This document shows positions 26,040 through 39,577 of a DNA stretch of 64,000 bases, in pieces. The stretch lies in NCBI RefSeq assembly GCF_009914755.1, contig NC_060936.1, one strand, 5' to 3'. A model generated the notes under the pieces. The model saw only the letters and a program-made list of their open reading frames with translations. It ran no database searches and was not told the origin of the DNA. Source of the stretch: the human T2T-CHM13v2.0 reference genome, Homo sapiens. The position numbers were made by a program, and so were the translations under genes. Every line of letters starts with the position of its first letter. The stretch's first letter is position 1.

Positions 26040-27384
26040 CTGTCATGTGTCACTTAATGATGGGATACATTCTGAGAACTGTATTATTTGGTGATTTCCT
26101 TATTGTGCAAACATAATGAAGTGAGCTGACACAAAGATGTACAAAGATGGTAGAGTTTAGTGTACACGTCTATACTGTATGATATGGCCTACTGCTCTTA
26201 GGCTATAAACCTGTACAGCATGCTATTGTACTAAATACTGCAGACAATTATAACACAATGGTAAGTATCTGTGTGTTTAAACATATCTAAACATAGGAAA
26301 ATATAGTAAAAATTCCATAAAAAGGTAAAAAATGGCACATGTATATAGGGCATTTGCCATGAATGGAGCTTGCAGGAGTAGAAGTTGCTCTGGGTGAGTC
26401 AGTGAGTGAGTGTAAAAGACTAGAACATTACAGTACACTACTGTAGACTTCATAAACACTCCACACTTAGGCTGCACTGAATTTATTTAAAAATTTTTCT
26501 TCTTCAATAATAAATTAACCTTAGCTTACTGTAACTTTTTCACTTCATATGTGTTTTTATTTTTTAAACTTTTTTGACTCTTCAGTAATAACAGCTTAAA
26601 ACATGAACACATTGTAAAGCTATACAAAATATTTTATTTTTTATATCCTTATTCGATAATCTTTTTTCTTTTCTATTTTTCTATTTTATTTATGTATTTT
26701 TTTTTGTACAGACTAGGTCTTGCCATGTTGCCAGGCTGTTCTTGAACTCCTGGGCTCAATTGATCCTCCCACCTCTGCCTCCCAAAGTGCTGGGATTACA
26801 GGCATGAGCCACCGTTTGTGGGCTTTTTATACTTTTTGAACATTTTGTGAAAAATCAAGACATAAACACAGTCTACGTCTACACAGGGTCAGGATCATCC
26901 ACATTACTGTCTATCCCTGCACACCTACCCCATGGGAAGGGCTTCACAGACAGTAACACACACGAAGCTGTCATTTCCCAGGATAACAATGCCTTCCTCT
27001 GGATACCTCCCCTAAGGATCTGTCCCAGGCTGTTTCACAGTTAACTTTTTTTTTTAAAATAAGTGGAAGGAGTATACTCTAAAATAATGATTAAACATAT
27101 AGTATTGTAAATACATAAACCAGTAGCATGGTCATTTATTATCATTATCAAGTTGTATGTACTGTCCCTAATTGTGTGTGCTATATTCTATATGACCTAT
27201 CAGCACAGTAGGCTTGTTTACACCAGCATCACTATAAACAGTTGAATAATGTGCTGTGCCATGATGTTACCAAGGATATGTCATCACTAGGTGATGGGAA
27301 TTTTCAACTCCATTATAATCTTATGGGACCACCATTGTATATGCAGTCAATTATCGACTGATGTCCTTATGTGGCACATGACTG
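26040..27384 (+). mobile_element. Tigger3 (Golem)-type TcMar DNA transposon
   Basis: TIRs ctgtcatgtgtcacttaa / ttatgtggcacatgactg, TA TSD. Confidence 0.88.
26672..26823 (-). mobile_element. FLAM/Alu left monomer
   Basis: gaactcctgggctcaattgatcctcccacctctgcctcccaaagtgctggg. Confidence 0.85.
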
Positions 27385-29574
27385 TATATATGTGAAATTA
27401 TTCCAGCATTATTTATTGAAACGCTGTAGTTTTCCAAGTGAATTACTTCGGCATCTTTCTCAAAAATCAATCGGCCACAAATGGATGGGTTACTCATGGA
27501 CTCTTTGTTCTGTTACAGTGATCTACATTTCTATCCTTATGTCAATACAACACTGTCTTAATGTAGCAGTATAGTAAGTCTTGAAATAGGGTGGTGACAG
27601 CACATTGTTATTTATCAAAATTGTGTTGGCCAATATAAACCTTTTGCTTTTTTTAAAGATAAATGTTGAGTGCAAAACTTGCTAATTTAAACAAATAGCT
27701 GAGTAGAATTTTGATTTGAGATATCTTTAACTCTATAGAGCAATTTGGAGAGAGATTATTTCTAAAAATATTGAATCTTCCAACTCATGGGTATAGTATC
27801 TTGAGTATGGTAAGCTCTATTTATTTAGATCTTCTCTGATTTCTCTGGTCAATATTTTATAGTATTTAGCATATTAATCTTGTATATACATTTGTTAAAT
27901 TTATAACTTCATATACCTTCCAAAATTTTATGCTAATGTACATGTTATTAAAATAATATCCAACCACTAATTGCAGATTATATGTATTGATTTTGCATCA
28001 TGTGAACTTACTAAATTTATTTGTTCTATTGGTATTTTTGAATGTTCTTTGGAAATCTATGTAGACAGTCATGTAATCTACACAAAAAGACAATTTTAAA
28101 TTATTTTTTAATAACTCGTATTACTTTAATATGATTTTCTGGCCTTACTGCACTTTCTAAGACCTTCAACACAATGTTTCATAAAAGTGATGACATTGGG
28201 TACTTTTGTTTTATCCCAGTATTTTGCAGGGAAAAGTTTCAGTTTTGAACAGGGAGTATAGTATTAGCTATAGGTTTGATGAAGATGTTCTTTAATCAGG
28301 TTGGAGAAATTCTGTTCTATTCTTCATTTGCTGAGAATTTTTATCATGATGAATCTTGACTGTCGTCACATCATTCTGTTTGCATCTATTGAAATTACCA
28401 TGTTTTGTTTTCCTGTTTTTAATATGGTAAAATATACATATCTATCTTGTATTTCTTAATGTTAAATTGTTACATTCCTGCAATAAACCTTACTTGATAA
28501 GAACATACTATAATTTTTATGTATTTCTATTTTCAATTTGCTTATATTTTATTAATTATTTTTGGACCTATGCTTATGAGATACACTGACCTGTAGAATC
28601 CTTTCCTTGTAATGTTCCACTGGCTGTTTGGTTTGGTTTGGGTGTCTCACAAAATTAACTGTCATGTGTTGAGCCTTTTTAAATTCTTTTCTGGATGAAG
28701 TTATCTATATTTGATATTATTTAGTCATCAAATATTTGGTTGAATTCTCCAGTGAAGTCATCTGATTTGGAGTTCTGTTTCTGCTAAGGCTCTTTACTAC
28801 TAATTCAATTTCATTAATAGATATAGGATATTTCGGTTGTCTGTTCCTTCTTGAGTGAACTTTAATAGCTTTGATGTTTCAAGCAATTTGTGCATTTCGC
28901 ATAGCTCATGAAATATATTGGCATAAAGTTGTTATAATGTTACTTTATTATCTTCCCAATGGCTGCAGGGCTGTAGCAATTGTTCTGCTTTCGTTCCTTA
29001 TATTGATATTATGCATCTTCTTCATCATCCTGAGGCAAGATGGGCTAAATCTGTGTATTATAACCATAGAAGCAGGGCGGGTAGGGGGGAAGCTTATTGT
29101 TTCCCAGAAGCAGATGAGCTTTGCTTCCATCCCTCTCCCAGAAGAAATGACTTTTTTCTTGAGCCCTAGAGGTGAGAGGAGTTGCTGCCTCCCTCCCAGC
29201 AGAAGAGGTTATTGCTTAATAGGAGAGAAGGGGCCAGGCAGGGACCTGCAAGTCCCACACTAAGGGCACACAATCACAGCCTGCACATCGGCACTACAGA
29301 AAGCTGTCTATGGTCTTGTGCTGTGCTCCTTATGGGTAAGCATTCCCTGTAGTCCCGCAGTAAGGAGCTTCTGAGTGACCACAAACTTCTCTTGCATTTG
29401 GAGCTTCCAGTTGTTTTGAAATGGGTGATAGGTCTCATTTGGAATATGTAAAATTTTTACCTGATTTGTATCTGTTTTTATGAAAGCCACTTATTCTTCC
29501 ATGCTTTGCCAAAGATGAAAGAGTTTATTATGCTTGTTGTTGTGTTTAATCTTTCGTTTCCTAGGAGTGTCCTA

Positions 29575-29779
29575 TCTAGGAGTGCTACAGCCAGATCCTT
29601 CCAGCTCCCAATGGCCAATTATGCAAATCTCTTCCTAACTCTAATCTCATTGACCACGTTACTAGCTTGAAATTGGCCACAGTGGGAATATTTATCCCAT
29701 GGAAATTTGCAAAGACTAAATATCAGGGCTGTTCTCCATCAGGAAGGGGTTAGCTAAACATTTTCCGCCACACCAGTGG
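29575..29779 (+). mobile_element. MER63-like hAT MITE
   Basis: agcttgaaattggccacagtgggaatattta...taaacattttccgccacaccagtg. Confidence 0.65.
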
Positions 29780-30675
29780 GACTGTTGCCCTTCGGAATTT
29801 ACTCAGTTGCCTTATGAATTCAACTTTATGAGCTCTCTGCTGTTCTCAGAGAAAATTATGACTTTGTAAATTGCCATCTTATTCTCATTAGTAGGAGAAT
29901 TGGCAATTCTTCAGCTTTCTACAGCAAAAGCACATTGGATTTTCTATATTCAGGTGCAGTTTTAAGAAACATTGTTTCCCTACTTATTCATTAAATACAC
30001 ATATAAATGAATATTTAATAAAACAAAATAGCTCAGTACATTTCAGTTTTTAAAAAATTAAAAATTTCTTCATTCACTGTGTTTATTATGTCTTTCCTGT
30101 TTCCATATATTTTCCCTTCAGTTTTCAGAATTTTCCCAAATAAGGTGAACTTATGTCTTAAAGGAGCCCAAGTTATTTTTATTTGCAAATAAAGATCCTA
30201 AATTGAGCAAGCATGGTATAATGTTAAGCATTTAGTTTAACATGGACATTACTAAAAATCCACAACTGGCACCATTATTATCTTTGTGGGTAAAACCTGG
30301 GTACTTCTGATTGGGGAAATAATAGATTAGATTATTTCTAAAGTTTCTCCAGATAGGCAGATTTATAAAGAAACATAAAGTGTTTTTGGTAGTGATATTT
30401 TCTCCAGAAATCTCTGACCCAGTGAGTCCCTTCCAAGACTTTTGCTGTGATTTGGGGGATGGGTTTAGTGTTTGCACATTAACCTACTTTGGTCTTGATT
30501 GCTGGTCATCTTGGTCTTTGCCTGTCTCCCTTTGTATGATGCTGTGATTCAAGTTTAATAACTATTCTCTTTAACTCTTTTCTATGTAGCATGTATTGAG
30601 ACAATCCTAGACACACAAAGAGTTACCATCTCCTTCCCTTCCCCTCAGTGATTTGATACTTTAAATTGCTCATCC

Positions 30676-31700
30676 TTCACCTCATACCCATCAAAATGGC
30701 TACTAACCAAAAAAAAAAAAAAAAAAAAAAGCAAAACAGATAAACAAAACCAAAACATAAAACAGAAAATCAAAACTGTTGTCAAGGATGTGGGGAAAAT
30801 GGAACCATTGTGCACTTTTGATGAGAATTTCAAATGGTGCGGTTACTATAATGATTCCTAAAAAAATTAACAATAGAATTATATATGACCTAGCAATACC
30901 ATTTGTGTATATATTTTAACCAATTGAAAGCAGAGTCACAAAGAGATATTTGTAAACCCATATTCATAGCAGCATTTTTTTCAATAGCAAAGAAGTGGAA
31001 GCAACCTAATCCCCATGAATTAAGGGATAAATGAAATGTGGTTCATCCATTCAATAGAACATTATTTAGTCTTTAAAATAGACGGAAACTCTAAAACATA
31101 CTGCAAAATGGCTGAACCTTGAAGACATTGTGCTAAGTGAAAGAAGCTAGAACAAAATTATAAATATTGGCTGGGCGCAGTGGCTCACACCTGTAATCCC
31201 AGCACTTTGGGAGGCCGAGGCGGGCAGATCACGAGGTCAGGGGTTCGAGACCAGCCTGGCCAACATGGTGAAACCCTGTCTCTACTAAAGATACAAAAAA
31301 TTAGCCAGGTGTGATGGTGCATGCCTGTAATCCCAACTACTCAGGAGGCTGAGACAGGAGACTCATTTGAACCTGGGAAGCGGATGTTTCAGTGAGCCAA
31401 GATTGCACTACTGCACTCCAGCCTGGGTGACAGACCGAAACTCCATCTCAATAAAAAAAAAAAAAGTATAAATATTGTACCATTCCACTTACATAAGGTG
31501 CCAAGTGTAATCAAATTTGTAGTCTCAGAAAGTAGAATGATGGGTGTCAGTGCCTGAGGTAAGGGGAGGAGGAGTGGGGAGTTGTTTTTTAATGGGTAGA
31601 GCTCTTGTTTTGCAATATGAAAACCTTCTGGAGATTGGTTGCACAATGATGTGAATGTATTTAGCACTACTGACCTATACACTTAAAAATGGTTAAGATA
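30676..31700 (+). mobile_element. L1MB-type 3' region
   Basis: gaaccattgtgcact...catagcagcatt...ctatacacttaaaaatggttaagat. Confidence 0.85.
31169..31465 (+). mobile_element. AluS (Sg-like)
   Basis: gatcacgaggtcagg diagnostic; TSD tataaatattg. Confidence 0.93.
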
Positions 31701-32068
31701 GTTACCACAGGCTGAGGAGGGTAGGGAGGAAAGGGGAACGGGGATGGGTTTGTCATAGGGACAAAGTCACAGTTGGACAGCAAGAAAGGGTTTTGTTGCT
31801 CAATCACACAGTAGGGTGACTACAGCAAATAGTACTGTATTATATATTTCAAGATAGCTAGATGAGGAGATTTTGAACGTCATAACCACAAAGAAATGAC
31901 AAATGTTTAAAATGAGGGACATGGTAATTACCGTGATTTGATCATTATGCTATTTATACATGTCATGAAACATCACATTGTACACCATAATTATGTACAA
32001 TTATGGGTCAATTACAAGTAAAAACATTAGCAAAACAAAAGAAACGTGCACAGAAAAAAAAAAAAAAA
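31699..32068 (+). mobile_element. L1MA-type 3' end inserted in L1MB
   Basis: cacagtagggtgactacag...gtgatttgatcattat...A-tail; L1MB end resumes at ~32070. Confidence 0.75.
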
Positions 32069-32374
32069 GCTTTATATGATGTGTATTTTACCACAAGTTA
32101 GAAAGTAAATAAAACTTTAAAGTGTACCTCGTGATCAGCCACAAAAGTCCCTGGAGCATTTTATGTTCTCCAGAATGTCTGAACATCAAAGTCAGAAACG
32201 GAGGGGTTAGGGGTGGGGAAGGGAATAAATAACATGAAAACAATGACTAGTGAGTACTGAGTTCTCCTTTACCTTAAAATTTCTAACTGTGACTGTAAAA
32301 TTCGTCTGTTGAATGAGTGAGTGGAGTGAACACAAAACGGCTCACAAGATCTATATCACATTAATGTATGTTGC

Positions 32375-32985
32375 ATCACTTTTCTATTGTTGGTATAGAT
32401 AGAAATTTCACAGCTTCAAACTACACAGATATATTATGGACAGTTCTGAAGGCCAGAAATCTGGATCCAGGGTAGTTCGGTTGGTTCTTCTGCTTAGAGC
32501 CTTGCAAGGCCGAAATCAAGGTGTCTGCTGGGTTGCATTTCTGCCTGGAGGCTCTATGGGGAAATCAATTTCATTGCTCATTAGATTATGGGAACAATTA
32601 ATCTGCTTGCGGCTGTAGGAATGACGTCCCTTGCTGGCTGTTGCCTGAGAGCTGTTTTCCACTTCTCGAGATGCCCACATACCTTAGCTTATAGGCGCTT
32701 TTCTCCATCTTCAAAGCCAGTAAGAGCAAATGGAGCTACTCCCTTCTCCTGCTTCCAATCTCTCCCCTCTCTTCTGTTGTGGCATTTCTCTTTGACTATT
32801 TCCCCTTCCTCTTCTACTTTTAAGGGCCCATATAGTTACGCTGGACCAACCAGATAATCCAGGGTAATGTCTCTATTTAAGGTCTGTAACCTTAATTCCA
32901 TCTGCAAAGGATTTTCTGATATGTAACACAACATATTCACAATTTGGGGGTATTTGTGTATGAGCATCTTTGGGGGGCTCTGGAA
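32375..32985 (-). mobile_element. MLT1 (E/F-like) LTR
   Basis: cagttctgaaggccagaaatc...tcaaggtgtctgctggg...ccttaattccatctgcaaag. Confidence 0.75.
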
Positions 32986-33549
32986 CACATTCTCCAAAAT
33001 TAATCTGTCTCCATACCTGACTCACAGGAGTGAAATGTATAAACACATACACACAATCTCACACACTTGGGATCTTACTCTATATAAAATTTAATATCAT
33101 GCTTTTAAAAAATAGCCTATCGTAAACATTTCCATATAAATTTTAAAAACATTTTAATGACTAAACAATATTGATTATTTTAGTCATTTTAATGACTAAA
33201 CAAAATTGATTGATTATTCTATCCTAATGATGATACACTTTAAAATTGTAATCAGTATTTTCCTAACATGATTAATAAGCAAAGACAGCTGTATACAAAA
33301 ACCTTTGACTCCAACTTGTATTTCCTTAAAGTAAAATTCTATCAGCAAAATTATTAAGTCAAATAATTTTATAACATGGCAGAAGGTGTTGAATAATTTT
33401 TCTAAAATAGCATGCTGATTTTTAAAGGGAATATAACTGTCCATCTCACCTCATCTTCACAGCATTGAGAATTAAGTATCTGTCCACCTAATAAGATAAA
33501 CATATCTCACTATTTTATTAATATATATTTCATTACTAGGTGTACAGAT

Positions 33550-33825
33550 GATGATGATGATTATTATTATTATTTTGAGATGAAGTCTCACTCTGTTGCC
33601 CAGGTTGGAGTACAGTGGCTTGGTCTTGGCTCACCACAACCTCCGCCTCCTGGGTTCAAGCCATTCTCCTGCCTCAGCCCCCCGAGTAGCTGGGATTATA
33701 GGTGCCCGCCAACACACCCAGCTAAGTTTTGTTTCACCAGGTTGGCCAGGCTTGTCTCAAACTCCTGACCTCGTGATCCGCCCTCAGCCTGCTGGGATTA
33801 CTGGAGTGAGCCACCGCACCTGGCC
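33550..33825 (-). mobile_element. AluS with (GAT/TAT)n tail and small internal deletions
   Basis: Both arms present with a shortened linker; TSD tacagat. Confidence 0.88.
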
Positions 33826-34129
33826 TACAGATAATATTTTATATGTTCACTGACCATTTGAGTTCTGTTTTCTGCTCTTGTGCGCTCTCACTACCTTCCT
33901 CATTCTTTTGATTAGTAAGAGAAGAGATGGTTGATTGTGAGCATGCTTTCTCATGGCCTCTCCTCTTGGCCTTTGCTCTTCCTTTGGTTGCATTTCTGTC
34001 TTTATGTGCCATCTTTCTTTTTTACCTCACTGTACAAATACACTCAAGCCCCCATCCACACCAAAAATGTTCTCTTGATTTTGTCAATGTCATTCCTCTC
34101 TTAAGCCCTCTACTCTTGAACTTCCAATG

Positions 34130-34280
34130 ACAAATACATTTACTAAAAAGTGCACAGGTGTTAGGCACTGTGTTAAGTGTTTTTACATGGCTAATCTCAT
34201 GTCATATCCTCTTCAAATCCATGAGACAGGATTTCTTAATTATCCCATTTCATAGATGAGAAAACTTACCCACCACTGGG
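34130..34280 (-). mobile_element. MIR
   Basis: ttatcccatttcatagatgagaaaac. Confidence 0.7.
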
Positions 34281-35729
34281 TTGAGGGCAGGTGTCAGATG
34301 GCCTAAATCAAGTATCTCTCTGCTGGGGCCAGTCCCAGTGTAGAGGCCAAGCCTTGTCCTCTAGCTCTCCATAGTGTGCCTGGGCTAATGTCAGTCACCC
34401 GGGAGCATGATGTCGGTTCTTTTCTTTATCTGGTCGGTAAACACGAGGACTTTGGGAGTTACCGCAGCCCCTCTGCCTGGGACCTATGTGCATCTATCTC
34501 TACTCAACTCTTTGATGCCAAGAAGGCAGAAGGAACTCAACGGTAGGCTGCTTCTACTTTCAGATTCCCAAGCTTTTGCGAGGACTCATCACCTAACCAC
34601 CATCAGCTTACAGTACTGCATAGCCCTGCTTGCTTTTCTCATCAGCTCTCTCTTATCTGCCCTAAAGCATGTGGAATCCTTATTCCGGGTGAACAGGAGA
34701 AACTCTCACCAGTAACATTGTTTTCTTTGCCTGCTGTTTAGATCAGAACCTAAAATCTTAAATTCAAGGGAACCAAAACCTTGTAACTGAAAAACATTTA
34801 TTTTTCCTCTTGAAAGCATTAGTTTTGTATTAACTTTCAATTCTATTCTGAATCTCAAAACCTGGCCATAGACTAGTTTGTTTCTTATGAGCATTTTTTT
34901 CTTTACGTGTTGTCATTTGGAAAAGAAGCCAGAAATGGCTCAGCTGCTTAGTTGTGTGTAAAAGTACAAGGAAATTTGGGGGAAAATACATCATGCGTTG
35001 TTTATTATCTCATACCATCCCAATATAGGCGTGCTTCTGTGGCTGCAGGACCGTAAACTTTTGGGAAGCAGCCAGTTCCAACCACAATATTCCACAAACC
35101 CAAACGCACTGCTCTTAGTCTGTGTGGGGCTTGGTTGATTTCAATGGGCCTTCCCCCGGGCAGGAGATGCTGTGGTTCTTAGAGGAATCATCCTATATAG
35201 ACAAAACCAGGATCACTCTCAGAGAGAAGACATGTAATTAAACAAGCCTCTTCCTTCCCTGGCGTGTGTAATATTCATTTAAATATTTACTTTGAGCAAA
35301 TACATTTTAATGAATTTTGCATTAAAATTAAATCAACTCATTAAAACACATTTAAGAGATCAGAAATGTAAAATCAGTGCTGAGAGCAACTTGTTAATTT
35401 CTTTGTCTGACTGACTTGAACCTAGGGGAAAATGGTGCATGGGAGTGTAGTGTTCCCTTTCCCTAGAACAGACAGCCCTTTACAGTTGCACAAGGCACGT
35501 TCACATCCATTAACTTGGGGAACAAAGCAGGGGTGCTCAGCTCCATTATTAAGGTGGCCGAGTAAGACTCAGAGATTTTAACAACTGTTGGGACATTCAG
35601 CCAGCAAGTAGCAGAAAGCAGAGGTGAAGACAGAAGGGATCCAGTCCAGCCTCACTGCCCCAACAAAGTGGGAGACTCACTTAGTGCCATGGTCAATCTC
35701 CCTTTGCCAAACATTTCCTACTTGGTTTA

Positions 35730-36178
35730 TTTCCTGCCCCTTTCAGCTCTGTTCTGAGCTAGGAAAGGTTGCCCCCTCCCAGGATATCCTTATCTTCTGA
35801 CTTCCAATTGGAATTAATCAATGAACGGCACCAACCAGATCCAGGAGGGCAGGAGGAGAGAGAGAGCAGGGTATTTCTTCCCTGTCCCTTCTGTGGTTTG
35901 GTGCCAAGTCTCTGACCATCTGCTGCTGCAGGATTCCAGCTTTCAGAGTGTCCCTCCTCTGGGGCTCCAGCCCTGGCATCTGATGACCCTGATCCTTCCT
36001 TTCGCTCTTCAGACCTAGAGGCCATAACAGCATCCTCCTGTCCCCAACCTCTGGAAGGTTTTCCGCTTCCGGTGTCTTCCCTTACCCCTGCTCACATCTG
36101 TGTAAATAGTCCTTTCATGGAAGTACCCCTGGTTGGACCATCTGGGTAGATGCTGTTTCCTACTGGCCACCGAGATAG
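35730..36178 (+). mobile_element. LTR33/LTR16-like ERVL LTR
   Basis: ggagggcaggaggagagagag..gggtatttcttccc; tgtaaatagtcctttc...ctgtttcctactgg. Confidence 0.55.
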
Positions 36179-36781
36179 GTCTGGCTGCTGACCACCAGGT
36201 GGTCACCAGGCAGCAAAGAATCTGGGGAACCAGCCAAGGCATCTCTTCTTCAGCTTAGCTTGGTGCAGAGACCTCCAGGGGGCAGTTAAGAGGCTGGGTG
36301 GGGGTTGGGGGGATGGCTGGACTAGTGCAGCCCCTCCTTTTCTGGATTATGCAGCCATTCTGTGGGGTGCCAGGGATGTTTTGCGGGCCTCCTGCTCCCC
36401 CCAAGATTAACACAAAGTCAGTATCGAAGTGCAAATTGTTAAAACTTTTAGATTTAAGAATCCTTTTGAAATTTTTAAATTATTAAAATATTTCTCTTTT
36501 CTGTTATTTATATTTCTCTTTTCTGTTATTTAGATATTATGAGTTCTTAGGATTTAAAATTATACACTAAAAAAGGAAGCATGTCTATTAATCTTATTCC
36601 CAGATAGACATAATATTTGCAGTTGGCGTATGTTTCTTTAGAGTTTCTTGAGGGTACACACAGGTGTGTGTGTGGTGGAGTTGGGGGGAAAATATACTCA
36701 TATTTTTAACATAAAAATCAAATCACTCTTCACGTATTTTTCTGTAATTTGCTTTTAATCAGTTATCAGTCTTTTTGACAA

Positions 36782-37073
36782 TTTTTTTTTTGAGATGGAG
36801 TCTCACTCTGTCACTCAGGCTGGAGTGCAGTGGCATGATTTGGACTCATTATAACCTCGGCCTCCTGGGTTCAAGCGATTCTCTTGCCTCAGCCTCCTGA
36901 GTAGCTGGAATACAGGAGTCTGCCACCATACCTGGCTAATCTTTTGTATTTTTTTAGTAGAAAAGGGTTTCACTGCGTTGGCCAGACTGGCCTTGAACTC
37001 CTGACCTTGTGATGTACCCGCCTCGGCCTCCCAAAGTGCTGGGATTACGGGCGTGAGCCACTGCACCTGGCCT
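36782..37073 (-). mobile_element. AluS (Sg-like)
   Basis: Full two-arm Alu. Confidence 0.93.
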
Positions 37074-37778
37074 TGGACAACAACTTTTTATGCTAGAGTA
37101 TGTAAAATACCTCTTTGAAAGACTGCATTGAATCCTATTTAAGAGACATCACATAGTTCATTTAACTCATTTTCTGAAAACAGATATTTGCGCAATTCCA
37201 GCATGTTTTTTCTCCATTACCAATGAAGAAAAATACAGTTTTATAATAAACACGCATATACACTCATATGTATGTATATGCATCTATATCTTTTTAGACT
37301 TTTGTGCAAATATTTCTGTGGGATACGTTTCTGGAAGTATAATTTTGGGGTCAAAGAATGTAACGTTTTTATTTTTAAGCAATCATACCATTTTGGCCTT
37401 CAAATAACTATAATTACTCATAGTCCCATCAGCACCCTAGGGAAAGGCCTTCTTTCTCAACCATTTAATGACACTAAATAATTTCATCTGTTCCATTCTG
37501 ATAAAAATAAAGTTGTATTTTGATCAAATGTGCATTTCTATAATTATTAATGAGGCTGAGTATTCATATCCTTGATATTTTATGTAAATTATCTAGGTCA
37601 TTACTTTTGTATTTATTTGTTTAACGGTATTGTGTTTTTTGGATGTGAATATTAGCTCTTCATTTTATGCTTTGCCACTGTATTCTCAGCTTGATTTCTG
37701 TTTATGAATTACATTTTGATTTTCAAGTTGTTTTTGCCATATAAAGGTTTTGTATTTTATAGAGTCAGGTCTTCTTAT

Positions 37779-38075
37779 TTTTTTTTTTCTTTTTTCGAGA
37801 CAGAGTCTCGCTCTGTTGCCAGGCTGGAGTGCAGTGGCATGATCTCTGCTCACTGCAACCTCCGCCTCCTGGGTTCAAGTGATTTTTGTGCCTCAGCCTC
37901 CTGAGTAGCTGGGACTACAGGCGTGCGCCATCACGCCCAGCTCTTTTTTGTATTTTCAGTAGAGATAGGATTTCACCATGTTGGCCAGGATGGTCTCCAT
38001 CTCCTGACCTCATGATCTGCCCGCCTCGGCCTCCCAAAGTGCTGGGATTACAGGCGTGAGCCACCGCGCCCGGCC
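37779..38075 (-). mobile_element. AluSc-like
   Basis: tgttgccaggctgg diagnostic; TSD agtcaggtcttct. Confidence 0.94.
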
Positions 38076-38319
38076 TATAGTCAGGTCTTCTAATGTTTTA
38101 CTTAGTGGCCTCTAGATGATGTGTCCTATTTAAAAAGACCTTGTCAACTTCAAGTTTCTTTGTTTAACTGTTTCATGCATAGTTTACAATTTTTTGATCT
38201 CAGTTTGATTTTGGGGGAAAGAAGACAATAACAAGCAGCTTCTTAAAATCCCTCTTCCAAATATATAGTTGCTACCTGAAGGAAAATTTGCTCATACCCT
38301 CTGCTGGTCCAGTCCCTCG

Positions 38320-38810
38320 AGAGGAAAAGCCAATGCCCCTCATCCCCACCCTACCCGACCCCGTGGTCCCCAGTTACCTCTCTGACATCAGCCCCAGGAC
38401 TGACCCCGCACTCCCTGCCCAGACCCACTGGGCTCCCAGCTGTTCCTCTCCAAACTTGCCACTTGCTTTTCCTAGAGAGCTCTTCCCCAAGACAGGGACA
38501 CTGATCACTCCGTAACTTGTGGCATCCACTCAAAGCTCATTTCTTAGTGAGGCTTTCACTGAGATGCCTATTTAAAAGGGAATTCCTTTTCCTCGACTGG
38601 AGCCCCTATTCCCCTCCCTGCCTCCTGTGTCCTCTCTAGCACTCGCTGCTTGCTGACATGCCATGGACTTTATAATTTATCTTATTCACTTTCTGTCCCC
38701 GCCAGCCTCTTTGGCCATGGGTGGGATGATCCCCTTCTTTCTCCCAGAAGCTAGAATCAGGATTCAGAGTCAGCCAGCTGGCCTCTGCTCTTACAGTAAC
38801 TGAAAGATGT
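38320..38810 (+). mobile_element. L2 3' fragment
   Basis: ccagctgttcctctccaaac...ttcttagtgaggctttcactga. Confidence 0.5.
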
Positions 38811-39337
38811 GTAGTCAGGGAGCACCTGTGATCCTGATGCCTCCACTCCATGTCCAGTAAGGCAGCAAAGGCCAGGGCCCAGAGCCAGCTGAGTGCCTGC
38901 CCAGTGTCTTTCTCGAACAGTCCCTTTAGCTCAAGCCCCCTTGACATGGCTTCCGTGACTCAACCCAAGAGATCTTTTTGACCAATACAGGAATTCTCAT
39001 GAAAAATGCTAGTCAATCCTCCCAATTAACATGTCTGGAAGGCCAGTGTAATCCTTGTCTGTTCATAAACTAAGTACAACTGGTTCCTTTCACTTTCAGC
39101 ACAGACAGCTCTTCTGCAGGACTCTGTTTCCAAACTTTCCCCTTCAGTTGGAAAAATCTGAGGCAAGCCTTTCATGAGACACCCTCACCTGGGTGATTAC
39201 ATAATTTCTCAGGGAAAACCATCAGAATTTCTCCAAAACTCTCAATTCCAATGTGCAACTTCACAAACCAGAAGAATACAAGAAAGCCCCAAGGATCTCA
39301 GAGAATGGAGGCAGGGCAGAGCAGTGAGGCCAAGCAC

Positions 39338-39577
39338 AGGCACAGGGCATCTTCTTACCCAGCCCCATGGGTGGGAGGTGGCTGAAGTCTCCAGGGCAGG
39401 CACAGGGCATCTTTTTACCCAGCCCCATGGGTGGGAGGTGGCTGAGGTCTCCAGGGCAGGCACAGGGCATCTTTTTACCCAGCCTTATGGGTGAGGAGGT
39501 GGCTGAGGTCTTTAGGATGGGCACAGGGCATCTTCTTACCCAATCCCATGAGTGGGGAGGTGGCTGAGGTCTCTAGG
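39338..39577. repeat. 60/61-bp minisatellite, 4 copies
   Basis: Unit ggcacagggcatctt(c/t)ttacccagccccatgggtgggaggtggctga(a/g)gtctccagggca. Confidence 0.95.

Larger units (their letters stand above)
25310..28990 (-). mobile_element. Old L1M ORF2/3' remnant interrupted by Tigger3
   Basis: tttgcattttattaatgagtaatgatgttgaa, ttccagcattatttattgaa, gaattctccagtgaagtcatctg. Confidence 0.75.

Noticed and set aside
36488-36535. ~22-bp tandem duplication (atatttctctttttctgttattt x2)
   Set aside because: Ordinary slippage duplication.
39338-39577. CRISPR-like appearance of regular repeats (also 5531-5704)
   Set aside because: Eukaryotic DNA; units are contiguous tandem copies without unique spacers, and there are no cas genes.
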